This document shows positions 29,571 to 39,854 of a stretch of 64,000 bases of DNA, piece by piece. The notes beneath the pieces are model-generated. The model was given only the letters and a program-made list of their open reading frames with translations. It did no database searches and was not told the DNA's origin. This DNA is from an uncultured Candidatus Micrarchaeota archaeon (GTDB lineage Archaea; Micrarchaeota; Micrarchaeia; Anstonellales; Bilamarchaeaceae). The DNA is taken from positions 32,001-96,000 of the forward strand of contig OY970229.1 of assembly GCA_963714085.1 (NCBI GenBank), in the 5' to 3' direction. A program made the translations under genes and the position numbers. Each line of letters begins with the position of its first letter. Within the stretch, counting starts at the first letter, position 1.

Positions 29571-31973
29571 TCAATCGTCCTCGAGCCGTACGCCCGCGGA
29601 GTCGCTCTTGACCGCCTCGCCGAGCTTGGAGAGCCTTTCAAGGATTATCTTCTGCTCCGCGCTCGCGACTATGCGCCTGGTCCGCACGACCGCGTCCGGG
29701 TTCACGGACATGGAGGTCGTGCCGAATTCGACGAGCTTCTCCGCGAACTCAGGATAGACCGAAGGCGCCTGGCCGCAGAGCGAGGTCGTCACCCCGTACC
29801 TCTTGCAGGTCGTTATCACCTGCTTCAGCGCGCGGAGCACGGCCTCGTTCCTTTCGTCGAATCCTTTGGCCATCGTGGCGTTGTCGCGGTCGATCCCCAG
29901 TATGAGCTGGGTCAGATCGTTCGTGCCTATGGAGATGCCGTCTATGCCCTCCTCGCAGAACTGGTCGATGAGGAACACGGTGCTCGGCACCTCGACCATT
30001 ATCCAGAGCTTGAAGTCCCTCGTACGATAAATGCCCACTTCGTGCAGGTACTGCTTTATCGCGCGCAGCTCGCCTATCCTCCGGACGAACGGTATCATGA
30101 GCCAGAGGTTCGGCAGGTGGTACTCCTCGCGCACCTTCTTTATGGCCTTGAGCTCCATCTTGAAGACCGCAGGGTCGGTTATATACCTGGCAGCGCCCCT
30201 CCAGCCCATCATGGGGTTCTCCTCGTGCGGCTCGTACTTGTCGCCGCCGGGCAGGTTCCTGTACTCGTTGGTCTTGAAATCCGTTGCGCGGTACACGACC
30301 GGCCTGGGATAGAACGCGGCAGCGAACCTGCGCATGTCCTCTGCGAGCTTGTCGATGTATTCGTTCTCCTTCCCTTCTTCCAGCATCTTCTTCGGGTGAG
30401 CGCCGATGTCAGCGACCATGAACTCCGCGCGCAATAATCCGACACCGTCGCAGGGCAGCTGCGCCACCTTCTCGGCCAGGTCCACGTTCGCCAGGTTCAC
30501 ATATATCTTCGTGCCTGTGACCGGGACGGATTCCGCCGCAGCCGCCCCCTGGGCCGCGCCTTTCTCGGATTCCGTCGGCGGAGTCGCCATGCTGATTATG
30601 CCGGCGTACACGATGCCCCTGGTCCCGTCCACGGACACCTCCATGCCCTCCTTGAGCACGGTGGTCGCGTTGCCGGTCCCCACTATGCACGGGACTCCAA
30701 GCTCGCGCGAGACTATCGCAGCGTGAGATGTCATGCCGCCGGTATCGGTGATGATGGCCGCCGCCTTCTTCATGGCTGGGACGAAATCAGGGCTGGTCAT
30801 CTCCGTGACCAGTATGTCCCCGCGCTCCATCCTCTTTATGTCAGCTGCGTCCTTGATTATCTTCACCTTGCCGACTCCGACGCCCGGCGACGAGCCGAGC
30901 CCCTTCACGATTATCGTTGCCTTGGATACGTCATTAGCCATGCTAGCACCCCCTTTCTTCTCTTCCTTCGCAGCCGGCCTCGCCGCGCCCTCTGGAGTCA
31001 CGATCGTGTTCTTCTCCTTGAGCGTGGTTATCGGCCTGGACTGCACTATGTAGAGGTTGTCCTTGTCCACCGCGTACTCCAGGTCCTGCGGGAACCCGTA
31101 GTGCTGCTCTATCTTCGCCGCGATCTTGGCGAGGTCGATTATCTCGTTGTCGCTGAGCTTCTGCCTCTGCTGCATCTCGTCCTTTATCTGGACGCGCTCG
31201 TTCTTCTCCTTGAGCTTTATGAGCATCCACGTCTGCTTGGATATCTTCTTGTCCACTATCTCCATGCGCTGCTTGTCTATGCGGTAGGTGTCCGGGGTTA
31301 TCTGACCGGAGACGACCGTCTCTCCGAGCCCGAATCCCGCCTCTATGGAGATGAGGTTCGGGTCCTGGTAGAGGGGATCAACGGTGAATATCACTCCGGC
31401 CTTCTCGGACTGGACCATCATCTGGACCACTGCCGCGAGCCCGACCTTCATGTGGTCGAAGTTGTTCTGCACCCTGTAGTAGATCGCGCGCGCCTCGAAA
31501 AGCGACGCCCAGCACTCCTTGACCATCCTCACGACGTTCTCCGGCCCCTTCACGTTGAGATAGGTGGACTGCTGGCCCGCGAACGACGCGGTCGGCAAAT
31601 CCTCGGCTGTCGCGCTCGAGCGGACCGCGACGTAGACCTCGCGCCCCGCGCGCTCGTTGAGCTTCTTGTAGTTGCGTATGATGTCGGCCTCTATGTCCTG
31701 GGGGACCTTGCCGTCGGTTATCAGCTTCTTTATCTTCACCGACGCCTCGTCGAGCTTGTCGTTGTCGTTCACGTCAAGCGCGTTGAGGATGGCGGTCATT
31801 GGCGCGACGAGGTTGTTCGCAGCCAGGTGCTTGAAATACGAGCCGGACGTCACCACGAAACCAGGAGGGATCGGAAACCCGGACTGCGACATCTCGCCCA
31901 AATTCGCGCCCTTCCCGCCAGCTTCTGCGAGATTCCCCTTGTTCAGCTCCTCGAACCACATGACGTTCTTCAT
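29571..31973 (-). CDS. ppsA: Phosphoenolpyruvate synthase
   Basis: GGKGANLGE, AVRSSATAED, GGMTSHAAIVSRE and SIGTNDLTQ motifs. Confidence 0.96.
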   Translation of the reverse strand: MKNVMWFEELNKGNLAEAGGKGANLGEMSQSGFPIPPGFVVTSGSYFKHLAANNLVAPMTAILNALDVNDNDKLDEASVKIKKLITDGKVPQDIEADIIRNYKKLNERAGREVYVAVRSSATAEDLPTASFAGQQSTYLNVKGPENVVRMVKECWASLFEARAIYYRVQNNFDHMKVGLAAVVQMMVQSEKAGVIFTVDPLYQDPNLISIEAGFGLGETVVSGQITPDTYRIDKQRMEIVDKKISKQTWMLIKLKEKNERVQIKDEMQQRQKLSDNEIIDLAKIAAKIEQHYGFPQDLEYAVDKDNLYIVQSRPITTLKEKNTIVTPEGAARPAAKEEKKGGASMANDVSKATIIVKGLGSSPGVGVGKVKIIKDAADIKRMERGDILVTEMTSPDFVPAMKKAAAIITDTGGMTSHAAIVSRELGVPCIVGTGNATTVLKEGMEVSVDGTRGIVYAGIISMATPPTESEKGAAQGAAAAESVPVTGTKIYVNLANVDLAEKVAQLPCDGVGLLRAEFMVADIGAHPKKMLEEGKENEYIDKLAEDMRRFAAAFYPRPVVYRATDFKTNEYRNLPGGDKYEPHEENPMMGWRGAARYITDPAVFKMELKAIKKVREEYHLPNLWLMIPFVRRIGELRAIKQYLHEVGIYRTRDFKLWIMVEVPSTVFLIDQFCEEGIDGISIGTNDLTQLILGIDRDNATMAKGFDERNEAVLRALKQVITTCKRYGVTTSLCGQAPSVYPEFAEKLVEFGTTSMSVNPDAVVRTRRIVASAEQKIILERLSKLGEAVKSDSAGVRLEDD

Positions 31974-32042
31974 GATGATACACCCGCCACTGGAGAAATT
32001 TGAGCTTACTTATCAGGCATGGTTTAAAAAGTTTGGCAGGCG

Positions 32043-32441
32043 TCAAAACGCGGGGCGGATAATCCAGTTTACTTTGCCGGGAAGCATTTTCCTGAAACCG
32101 CTGCGGACCGGGTTCACCTGGGGAAAATTGATCCAGGGGTCCATCCAGGCGCCATCGCTTCGCGCGAGGAAATGCCCGATGGGGTATCTGGCGGACTTGC
32201 GGATGAAGACTATGCTTCCCGGAAGGCGGATCGCATCTCGTCCCGCTTTCACGTAAGAATAAGCATAATGCCTGCCCGCTTTCCCGAGCGCTTTCACGAC
32301 CTCCCTGCAATGGTAACCCCTGGTTCCGGCATGTTCCGGATTATCGAAGAGCGCGATGGCCTTCTTATAACTGATCCCGAGCACCGCCGCGACGCAGGCT
32401 ACTGCGCAACCGGAAGCATGCTCCTGGGTGACGGCCTTCAT
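32043..32441 (-). CDS. C39-like cysteine peptidase
   Basis: QEHASGCAVAC (Q-x5-C), GHF, WMDPW. Confidence 0.7.
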   Translation of the reverse strand: MKAVTQEHASGCAVACVAAVLGISYKKAIALFDNPEHAGTRGYHCREVVKALGKAGRHYAYSYVKAGRDAIRLPGSIVFIRKSARYPIGHFLARSDGAWMDPWINFPQVNPVRSGFRKMLPGKVNWIIRPAF

Positions 32442-32488
32442 GGTGGGAATTCTGCTTGTGAGATTTAAAAAAGCGCCGCTGATTCCAG

Positions 32489-32600
32489 GGAACCCAACCC
32501 TTAAAATACATCCGCCATAACATACGTGCCATGTCACTCAACACTACAAGGTTCAGCAGGACGTGCAGGACGGCGATTGCGAGTGTTTCGATCCTGGTCG
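32489..32600 (+). promoter_or_regulatory. Duplicated promoter plus signal-peptide region (second copy about 33041-33150)
   Basis: cttaaaatacatcc..aacatacgtgccATGtca..caacac..aggacgtg shared by both ankyrin genes. Confidence 0.8.
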
Positions 32601-32941
32601 CTTTGTCAGGATGCCATCCGAAAACAGACAAGCTGAGTCCGGCTATGGAAAAAGCCGTCATCCTGGGGGATGTGGAGAAAGTCGGATCGCTGATCTCATG
32701 TTGCGTGGACGTGAATGCGAAGGACAAAAACGGCAAGACCGCGCTCATGGATGCTGCAATTATGGGGCAGACAGAAGTAGTCAGGCTGCTGCTGGGTAAG
32801 GGCGCTGATGCGAATGCGAAGGACAAAAACGGCTTGACCGCGCTCGATATCGCCATACATAGCATAACCCCGCTCGATATCGCCATAGGACATGATCAAA
32901 CAGAAACCATCGACCTTCTGCGCGCAGCAATGGCCAAGTGA
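32531..32941 (+). CDS. Ankyrin-repeat lipoprotein
   Basis: LSGC lipobox; NAKDKNGKTALM / NAKDKNGLTALD repeats. Confidence 0.88.
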   Translation: MSLNTTRFSRTCRTAIASVSILVALSGCHPKTDKLSPAMEKAVILGDVEKVGSLISCCVDVNAKDKNGKTALMDAAIMGQTEVVRLLLGKGADANAKDKNGLTALDIAIHSITPLDIAIGHDQTETIDLLRAAMAK

Positions 32942-33083
32942 ACCCTTATTGCCCTTCGGACTCGTTAAAGGCCTGCTATTCCAGAAGCCTCGCGCCGTCG
33001 CACTTAGGCACCGGCAATCCTGGCTCCACACGGAATCGCAAGGGACACAACTCTTAAAATACATCCTCCGCAACATACGTGCC

Positions 33084-33884
33084 ATGTCATCCAACACCAG
33101 GACTTTCAATAGGACGTGGAATGCTGCTCTTGTCGGCGTTTCCCTCTCGCTCATGGTCGCGGGCTACCATCCGTTGGCGGAGGCCAGGCAGCCGGACGCG
33201 CAGAAGCAGGCTGCTCCAAGCATCACACAAGGGAAGTTTCGAAAGATAGCCCAGCTGGCAGCGGCGATCCAATCAGGCAACGTGGAAGCTGTCAGGTCGC
33301 TCATCACCGCGGACAGGTCGCTCGTTAACCAGGCCATGGACCCGGTGCTCAGGATCCCGAAGGAGAGGGCTCACGTGACTCCGCTGATGTTCGCGTCGGT
33401 GCAGATAAAAAGCTCGAGCATAGCGGCGGATGCCATGTTGGCTATGACCGGGACCATGAAGGCGAGCGACGTGATTCCGGTCGATGTGGTCGATGCCAAC
33501 ATGGCGATCGGAGAGCTGCTGATCGAACGCGGGGCGAAGGTGGATGCGAGGGATGCGTCCGGAATGTCGGTGCTGGCGATCGCGGTCATGAAGAGGGAGG
33601 AGATGTTCGCAGGGTTGCTGCTCAAGCACGATGCGAAAGTGAACCTACGGGACAATGAGGGCAAGACGCCGCTCACATACGCGGTCAATAACAATGACAT
33701 GGGTTGTGTGGGGCTGTTGCTCAAGCACGGAGCGGACCAGAATCTGAAAGATAATTTGGGCAAGAGCCCACGGGACTATGCTGTCGAGGGAAAATATTAT
33801 TTCATACAGGTACAGCTCGGCATCCCGGACGGGAAACCGAAGCCGGCATACAGGAAGAAGCCGCAACCGGCTGCAGAGCAGTGA
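33084..33884 (+). CDS. Secreted ankyrin-repeat protein
   Basis: TPLMFA, DNEGKTPLTYA and DNLGKSP repeats; start set by homology of promoter and signal region to 32531. Confidence 0.88.
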   Translation: MSSNTRTFNRTWNAALVGVSLSLMVAGYHPLAEARQPDAQKQAAPSITQGKFRKIAQLAAAIQSGNVEAVRSLITADRSLVNQAMDPVLRIPKERAHVTPLMFASVQIKSSSIAADAMLAMTGTMKASDVIPVDVVDANMAIGELLIERGAKVDARDASGMSVLAIAVMKREEMFAGLLLKHDAKVNLRDNEGKTPLTYAVNNNDMGCVGLLLKHGADQNLKDNLGKSPRDYAVEGKYYFIQVQLGIPDGKPKPAYRKKPQPAAEQ

Positions 33885-33890
33885 GGCCGC

Positions 33891-33930
33891 TCACGCCTTC
33901 CTCTTCGCCAGATGCACGGACTTTCCGAGC
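33891..33930 (-). repeat. Relic second copy of the lpdA 3' end (LGKSVHLAKRKA*)
   Basis: 34/40 nt identical to 35015-35054 (LGKSVHLAKKRV*). Confidence 0.9.
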
Positions 33931-33944
33931 ATGAGGTGAAAATC

Positions 33945-34343
33945 TCACGATTTCAATACGTCCTTCACCATCGCGATGAAATCCCCTGTCCGCTCCGTGT
34001 ATCTCCGGGCGTCTTCATGTGAGAACGAGCTTTTCCCATAATCGGCCCCGCTCTTGTCCCTCATCGCATCCGCTATCAGATCCCTGAATCCCACGGCCTG
34101 CTCCGGGAGCTTGCCCTCCCTCGCGATCTTCATGAAAACGATGGCAGCGTCGTCATGGCGGGTCGACTTGTACCCGAGGAATTTCAGGGAAAGCGCGTCA
34201 TTGGCGCGTATTACCGCGTGGATCGCCTGGGCGCAACAGACATTGGAACGTGCTTCATCCCCTTCTGCATCGATCAGGCTTTGCCTGGCGGAGACCAGCC
34301 AGCTCTCGGCCTCGTCCAATGCTCTTGCGGGTGTATCCGTCAT
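33945..34343 (-). CDS. HEPN-domain protein
   Basis: AESWLVSARQSL..CAQAIHA..RHDD..RDKSGADYG; paired with an MNT gene. Confidence 0.8.
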   Translation of the reverse strand: MTDTPARALDEAESWLVSARQSLIDAEGDEARSNVCCAQAIHAVIRANDALSLKFLGYKSTRHDDAAIVFMKIAREGKLPEQAVGFRDLIADAMRDKSGADYGKSSFSHEDARRYTERTGDFIAMVKDVLKS

Positions 34344-34873
34344 TTCAACCGCTCTCCCTTCTTGTCGGCCATGAACGCTTCAAGCCCCTTCCTGTCATGG
34401 AATGCGATCGGAACCACCTTCGTCCCGAATTTCTCGTAGACTTCGAACACCATGCTGTTCGCATCATAGCCCTTTTCCACAAGCAGCGCGATGTCGATGT
34501 CGCTCGCCAGCTTCTCGTCCCCCTTCGCCACGCTCCCGAACAGATAGGCTTCTTTCACTCCTCTCTCTTTTGCAAGCAGGTCCTTGATGGCGCGGGCGGT
34601 GAATGCCTGGGGGCTCATGCTTATCCTCAGGAGGGACAGCATCGAATCCAGGTATTCGGACCTGTGGAGCTTCACCGTCACGCTCCTTCCGACTTTCCCC
34701 GTCTCTATCATGCCGGCAGGCTCCCATCTCTTTACCAGCCGCCATGCCGAGGCGAAAGGCACGCCGGCCACCTTCGCAAGCTCGTTTATCGTGAACTGCC
34801 GGCTGGGGTATTTCACCAGCGTTTCCAGAAGCTTCCTGGAACCCTTGTATTTGATCAGCTCTAGTGCCTCCAT
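34340..34873 (-). CDS. HTH-minimal nucleotidyltransferase (MNT)
   Basis: N-terminal wHTH (TINELAKVAGVPFASAWR); LFGSVAKGDEKLASDID. Confidence 0.88.
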   Translation of the reverse strand: MEALELIKYKGSRKLLETLVKYPSRQFTINELAKVAGVPFASAWRLVKRWEPAGMIETGKVGRSVTVKLHRSEYLDSMLSLLRISMSPQAFTARAIKDLLAKERGVKEAYLFGSVAKGDEKLASDIDIALLVEKGYDANSMVFEVYEKFGTKVVPIAFHDRKGLEAFMADKKGERLK

Positions 34874-35014
34874 CCGATCACATATCCGAAAGTGAATTAT
34901 ATTATCCACAAATGAATAAAAAGGTTTCGGTCGCCAGACCGAACTGCCCTCCAAGGGCGGCTACCTTTAAGCACGTTGACGGCCGAGCGGGATAACCTCC
35001 GGCTCCGTGCGATC

Positions 35015-36436
35015 TCACACCCTCTTCTTCGCCAGGTGAACGGACTTGCCGAGCCCGTTCTCCGCTCCCTCCATCACGCTCTCGGATAGCGTCGGGTGCG
35101 GGTGTATGGTCGATGCGACGTCCTCTAATTGCGCGGCCATCTCCACGGCCAATGAGAGCTCGCTGATGAGCTCCGACGCGTTGGGGGCCGCGATGTGCGC
35201 CCCGAGGACCACGCCGCTTTCAGAATCAGCGACTATTTTGACGAACCCTGAATCGACGCCCATGGTCCTCGCCCTGCCAGAAGCGCTGAGCGGGAACCTT
35301 GCGACCTTGACTTTATAGCCCGCTTTCGCCGCCTCCTCCTCGCCCATGCCTGTGCTGGCAAGCTCCGGGTCGGAGAACACGACCTGGGGAATCGCAGCAT
35401 TGTCAAACGCGCTCTTCATCCCGGCTATAACCTCCGCAGCGACCTTCGCCTCGCGGAACGCCTTGTGCGCGAGCATGGGCGCGCCGGTCACGTCTCCTAC
35501 AGCGAATATGTCCGGGTCCGTGGTCCTTCTCTGGGCGTCCACTTTCACGAATCCCTTATCGTCCAATTGCACGCGCGTCTTCTCCAGCCCGATCTCCTTG
35601 GTATAAGGCACGTGGCCGACCGCAACGAGCATCTTGTCGAATGAAAGATTGACTGCCTTCCCGTCCTTGGAGACGACTTTCGCGACCGCGGTTTTTCCCT
35701 TCTTCTTCCATTCCTTGATCTCGCTCTCCAGATAGAGCGTCACGCCCAGGGATTTGAGCCGCTTCTGCACCTCCATGCCCAGCTCAGGCTCCAGGTGCCG
35801 GAGGATGTTCGTGCCGCGGTAGACGATGGAGACCCTGCTCCCGAGCTTGGCGAAAAGAGTCGCCATCTCGATCCCCACGTATCCAGTGCCAAGAACGATC
35901 AAGTCCTTGGGGATGGATTTGAGGGCGAGCGCGTCGCTCGAATCGATTATGAGTTTGTGGTCGAACTCGAGCCCCTCCAGCGCGCTCGGGACCGAGCCGG
36001 TGGCGATTATCGCGTGCTTGAACTCGTAGTCCGCGGGGCCGTGCTTGGTCTCCACGGTCAATTTAGTCGAGGAGGTGAAGAACGCCCTGCCTTGTATCAC
36101 ATCCACGCCCGCGCTCTTGCACAGGCCCGCTATCCCGTCCCTGAGCCCGAGAACCACGGAGTCCTTCCATTCCTGCATCTTCGGGAAGTCCAGCTTTGTT
36201 TTCGAGGTTATTCCTAAATCCTGCGAGTGCGACGCATCGTATGCGACGGACGCAGCGTGTATGAGCGCCTTTGACGGTATGCAGCCCTCGTTCGTGCACA
36301 CCCCGCCCAGCTCGTTCTTGGATACCAGCACGGTCTCAAGGCCCAGCTGGGCGCACCTGAGCGCCGCCACGTAGCCGCCCGGCCCCGCGCCTATCACCGC
36401 GACGTCGCAGTTCGTCGTGAGCTCTCCTACGACCAT
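35015..36436 (-). CDS. lpdA: Dihydrolipoamide dehydrogenase (E3)
   Basis: GAGPGG, GGVCTNEGCIPSKAL and HPHPTLSE motifs. Confidence 0.97.
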   Translation of the reverse strand: MVVGELTTNCDVAVIGAGPGGYVAALRCAQLGLETVLVSKNELGGVCTNEGCIPSKALIHAASVAYDASHSQDLGITSKTKLDFPKMQEWKDSVVLGLRDGIAGLCKSAGVDVIQGRAFFTSSTKLTVETKHGPADYEFKHAIIATGSVPSALEGLEFDHKLIIDSSDALALKSIPKDLIVLGTGYVGIEMATLFAKLGSRVSIVYRGTNILRHLEPELGMEVQKRLKSLGVTLYLESEIKEWKKKGKTAVAKVVSKDGKAVNLSFDKMLVAVGHVPYTKEIGLEKTRVQLDDKGFVKVDAQRRTTDPDIFAVGDVTGAPMLAHKAFREAKVAAEVIAGMKSAFDNAAIPQVVFSDPELASTGMGEEEAAKAGYKVKVARFPLSASGRARTMGVDSGFVKIVADSESGVVLGAHIAAPNASELISELSLAVEMAAQLEDVASTIHPHPTLSESVMEGAENGLGKSVHLAKKRV

Positions 36437-36438
36437 GC

Positions 36439-37656
36439 TCAGATCATCTCCACCAGAAGCAGGTCCGGGTCTTCCAGGTGCTTTATTATCTCGTTCATGA
36501 ACTGCGTGGCCTCCGCCCCGTCCGAAACGCGGTGGTCGAATGCCAATGATATGCCCATGACCTTGCCGATCCTTATCTTCCCGTCCACCACTACCGGCAT
36601 GTCCCTTATCCTGTGCACGCCCATTATCGCGACCTGGGGAGGGTAGATTATCGGCACGGAGAATATCGAGCCCACGCTGCCGACGTTCGTTATCGTGAAC
36701 GTGCCGCCCTGCAAATCATCGACCTTTATCTTCCTGCTGCGCGAGAGGTCCGCGAGCTCGGCTATCTCCTTCGCGATCTGGACTATGGACTTCCTGTCCG
36801 CGTCCTTCACCACAGGCGCCATGAGCCCGTCCGGAGTGTCCACGGCTATCGAGATGTTGTACCTCGGCTTCATCACGAGCTCGTTGGTGTCGTTGTCGAA
36901 ATGCGCGTTGAATTTGGGGTACTTCTTGAGCGCGATGACCACGGCCTTGGCTATGAACGGCAGATAGGTGAGATGCACGTCCTTCTCCTTGTCCTTCTCC
37001 CGCTCGCGCACAGCCACGAGCCGCGTGACGTTCACCAGCTCCATGCCGACCGCATGCGGTATGTGCGCCTTGGAATACGACATCCTGTCCGCGATTATCT
37101 TCCTGAGCCCTGAGAGCGGTATTCTCTGGTCCCCTGCCTCCTGGCTAAGCGCGAGCTTATCCTCCTTTATGCCTATCTGCGCGCCCTGGCTGGTGGTCAC
37201 CTTGTGGGACGACGACGAGCGGACGTCCTCCGCGGTTATCCTCCCTCCTGGGCCGCTACCCTGCACCAATTCGAGGTTCACCCCGAGCTCCCTTGCGAGC
37301 GCGCGGGTGGACGGGGAGGCGAGCGCGCGGTTCGATGTCTCGGGCGCAGGGGGCGTTGGCCCCTTTATCGCCTCCACGACCTTGGCAACAGCCTCGTGGA
37401 CCGGCGTGGGATGCTCGCCCGGGGCGCCTATCGTGACCAGGACCTCGCCCACGTTCGCGGTCTCGCCCTCCTTACGGTACAGCTTGAGTATCTTCCCCCC
37501 TGCAGGGGATGGCAGCTCGACCACGGCCTTGTCGGTCTCGATCTCGAGAAGGGCCTGGTCGTTCTTCACGTCGTCGCCCTCCTTCACCAGCCATTTCACT
37601 ATCTTGCCTTCGTGTATGCCTTCTCCGACGTCAGGGAACTTGAAATCGACAGCCAT
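36439..37656 (-). CDS. pdhC: Dihydrolipoamide acyltransferase (E2)
   Basis: Lipoyl motif ETDKA; E3-binding ASPSTRALARE; DHRVSDG. Confidence 0.95.
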   Translation of the reverse strand: MAVDFKFPDVGEGIHEGKIVKWLVKEGDDVKNDQALLEIETDKAVVELPSPAGGKILKLYRKEGETANVGEVLVTIGAPGEHPTPVHEAVAKVVEAIKGPTPPAPETSNRALASPSTRALARELGVNLELVQGSGPGGRITAEDVRSSSSHKVTTSQGAQIGIKEDKLALSQEAGDQRIPLSGLRKIIADRMSYSKAHIPHAVGMELVNVTRLVAVREREKDKEKDVHLTYLPFIAKAVVIALKKYPKFNAHFDNDTNELVMKPRYNISIAVDTPDGLMAPVVKDADRKSIVQIAKEIAELADLSRSRKIKVDDLQGGTFTITNVGSVGSIFSVPIIYPPQVAIMGVHRIRDMPVVVDGKIRIGKVMGISLAFDHRVSDGAEATQFMNEIIKHLEDPDLLLVEMI

Positions 37657-37660
37657 CGCA

Positions 37661-38638
37661 TCACTTCTCCGCCATCACTTCTTTGACCGCAGCCTTCACC
37701 CGGTTCTTGTCCGGGAAGAAATAGTCCTCGCTGGAGAGCAGGGGGATTATCGTATCCCAGCCGGTCACCCTCCTAGGCGCGGCCTGCAGATGATAGAACG
37801 CCTTCTCGTTTATCCTCGCGATTATCTCTGATGCGAAGCCCAGGGTCTTCACAGCCTCGTGCACGACCACGGCGCGGCCGGTTTTTTTGACGGACTCGGT
37901 CACGGTCGTCCAGTCGCATGGATTGAGCGTGCGCAGGTCCACGACCTCGGCGTTTATGCCCTCCTGCTCCAGCTCCGCGGCCGCCTCCACGACCATGGGG
38001 GTCTGGGCGCCGTAGGTTATCATGGACAGGTCCTTGCCTTCCTTCGCTATCCTCGCCTTTCCGAGGGGTATCGTGTATCTTTCTTCCGGCACCTCCTCCT
38101 TGTACGCGCGGTAGAGCTTCTTGGGCTCGAGGAAGATCACCGGGTCCTTTCCCTCGAGCGCGGATGCGAGCAGCCCCTTCGCCTCATAAGGCGTCGAAGG
38201 TGCGACCACGACTATGCCCGGCAGGTGGATGTAGAGGCTCTCCACCGACTCGCTATGGTGCTCCAGCGCCTTTATCCCGCCGCCGTACGGGATGCGCAGC
38301 ACCAATGGCAGCGTGAACCTCCCCTTTGTCCGGTTGCGCATCCTCGCCATGTGGCAGAGGACCTGGTGATAGGCCATGAGGCTGAAGCCGTCGAACTGTA
38401 TCTCGGGGACCGGGCGCAGCCCCATGGCGGCCATGCCTATGGATGTGCCGACTATGGCGGACTCCGCCAAGGGAGTGTCCATCACGCGCTCCTTGCCGTA
38501 TTTGGCGTAGAGCCCTTCCGTGACCCTGAACACCCCTCCGTCCCTGCCCACGTCCTCGCCGAGAAGCAGGATGTTCCTGTCCCGCGCGAGCTCCTGATCG
38601 AGGCAGGCGTTGATGGCCTGCGCCATGGTCATCTTCAT
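37661..38638 (-). CDS. pdhB: 2-oxoacid dehydrogenase E1 beta subunit
   Basis: GEDVGRDGGVF, DTPLAES and EHHSES motifs. Confidence 0.95.
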   Translation of the reverse strand: MKMTMAQAINACLDQELARDRNILLLGEDVGRDGGVFRVTEGLYAKYGKERVMDTPLAESAIVGTSIGMAAMGLRPVPEIQFDGFSLMAYHQVLCHMARMRNRTKGRFTLPLVLRIPYGGGIKALEHHSESVESLYIHLPGIVVVAPSTPYEAKGLLASALEGKDPVIFLEPKKLYRAYKEEVPEERYTIPLGKARIAKEGKDLSMITYGAQTPMVVEAAAELEQEGINAEVVDLRTLNPCDWTTVTESVKKTGRAVVVHEAVKTLGFASEIIARINEKAFYHLQAAPRRVTGWDTIIPLLSSEDYFFPDKNRVKAAVKEVMAEK

Positions 38639-39714
38639 TGCTTACCACCGCCGTAGAAACGCTCCATCTCAGCAGTCTGCTCCTTGAGGTTGTCCGTGCC
38701 CATGGACCAGACGTACTTGAACATGTCGTGGGGGTCGCCCTTGTAAGCCTCCATCTTCGCGACCGCGTCGTCGATGTCCTTTGCCATGCGTGCGAGGAGC
38801 CTTGTCTCGTAGGGCTTTGTCCAGAGCTTCTTCCTCTGGAGGTACTTCCTGAACCGGTCTATGGGGTCGCGCTTCTTCCATTCGTTGACCTCCTTGTCCG
38901 TCCTGTACTTGGTCGGGTCGTCTGCCGTGGTGTGCATGGACATGCGGTAGGTCACTGCCTCTATCACTGTGGGTCCCTTGCCGTTCCTGGCGTTGGTTAT
39001 CGCGTCGCTGACGGCCTTGTACACCGCCAGGGCGTCGTTGCCGTCCACCTGGAGCGACGGGATCCCGTCGCCCAGCCCCTTCTGGGCGAGCGTGGCGGAT
39101 GCGCTCTGGGCGCTCCGTGGCACTGAGATCGCCCACTGGTTATTCACTATCACGAGCACGAGCGGCACCTGCCACACCCCTGCGAAATTCAACGATTCGT
39201 GGAAATCCCCCTGTGACGTCCCTCCGTCCCCTACGAAGGTGAGCATCACCTGCTTCTTCCCCGCCCTTTTGAGCGCGAACGCGATGCCCACAGCGTGCGG
39301 GAGGTGGCTGCCGATGGGTATCGCGAACGGGAACGAGTTCGTGCCTTCGGGTAAGTTCATGCCTTCCTCTATCCCCTTCCAGTACATGAACATCTTCTCC
39401 AGCGGGACGCCCCGCGCGATGTATGCCTGGGTCTCCCTGTACGTCGGAAGCACCCAGTCGTCCTTGCCCAAGGCGAGCGCCGCCGCCGTGCCCACTGCCT
39501 CCTGCCCGAGGATAGGCGCGTACGTGCCCATCCTGCCCTGGCGCTGGAGCTTCACGGACTTGTCGTCGTATGCGCGCGTGAAGAGCATGAGCTCGAACAT
39601 GGCCCGGAGCAGGCTCGGCGCTATCTTCGGCTCGAGCTTCTTGTCGACCTCGCCCTTCTCATTGAGTATCTGAAGGTAATCCACGCTCCCCTCGTAAACA
39701 GTTCTCCTCGCCAT
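38635..39714 (-). CDS. pdhA: 2-oxoacid dehydrogenase E1 alpha subunit
   Basis: GDGGTSQGDFHE..NNQWAIS TPP motif; HTTADDP. Confidence 0.95.
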   Translation of the reverse strand: MARRTVYEGSVDYLQILNEKGEVDKKLEPKIAPSLLRAMFELMLFTRAYDDKSVKLQRQGRMGTYAPILGQEAVGTAAALALGKDDWVLPTYRETQAYIARGVPLEKMFMYWKGIEEGMNLPEGTNSFPFAIPIGSHLPHAVGIAFALKRAGKKQVMLTFVGDGGTSQGDFHESLNFAGVWQVPLVLVIVNNQWAISVPRSAQSASATLAQKGLGDGIPSLQVDGNDALAVYKAVSDAITNARNGKGPTVIEAVTYRMSMHTTADDPTKYRTDKEVNEWKKRDPIDRFRKYLQRKKLWTKPYETRLLARMAKDIDDAVAKMEAYKGDPHDMFKYVWSMGTDNLKEQTAEMERFYGGGKQ

Positions 39715-39854
39715 GCTCCAGAGAAGACAGCGCATTTATAAAAAGGTTACGAAGCGGAGGCCCGCCGCGTGCGGACACATGTTCAATTCGTTCCACTGGC
39801 AGCTCGCTGACAGAAGAAAAGGCTGCTGCTTCCACGGAAGGGGGTCTTCCTGCC

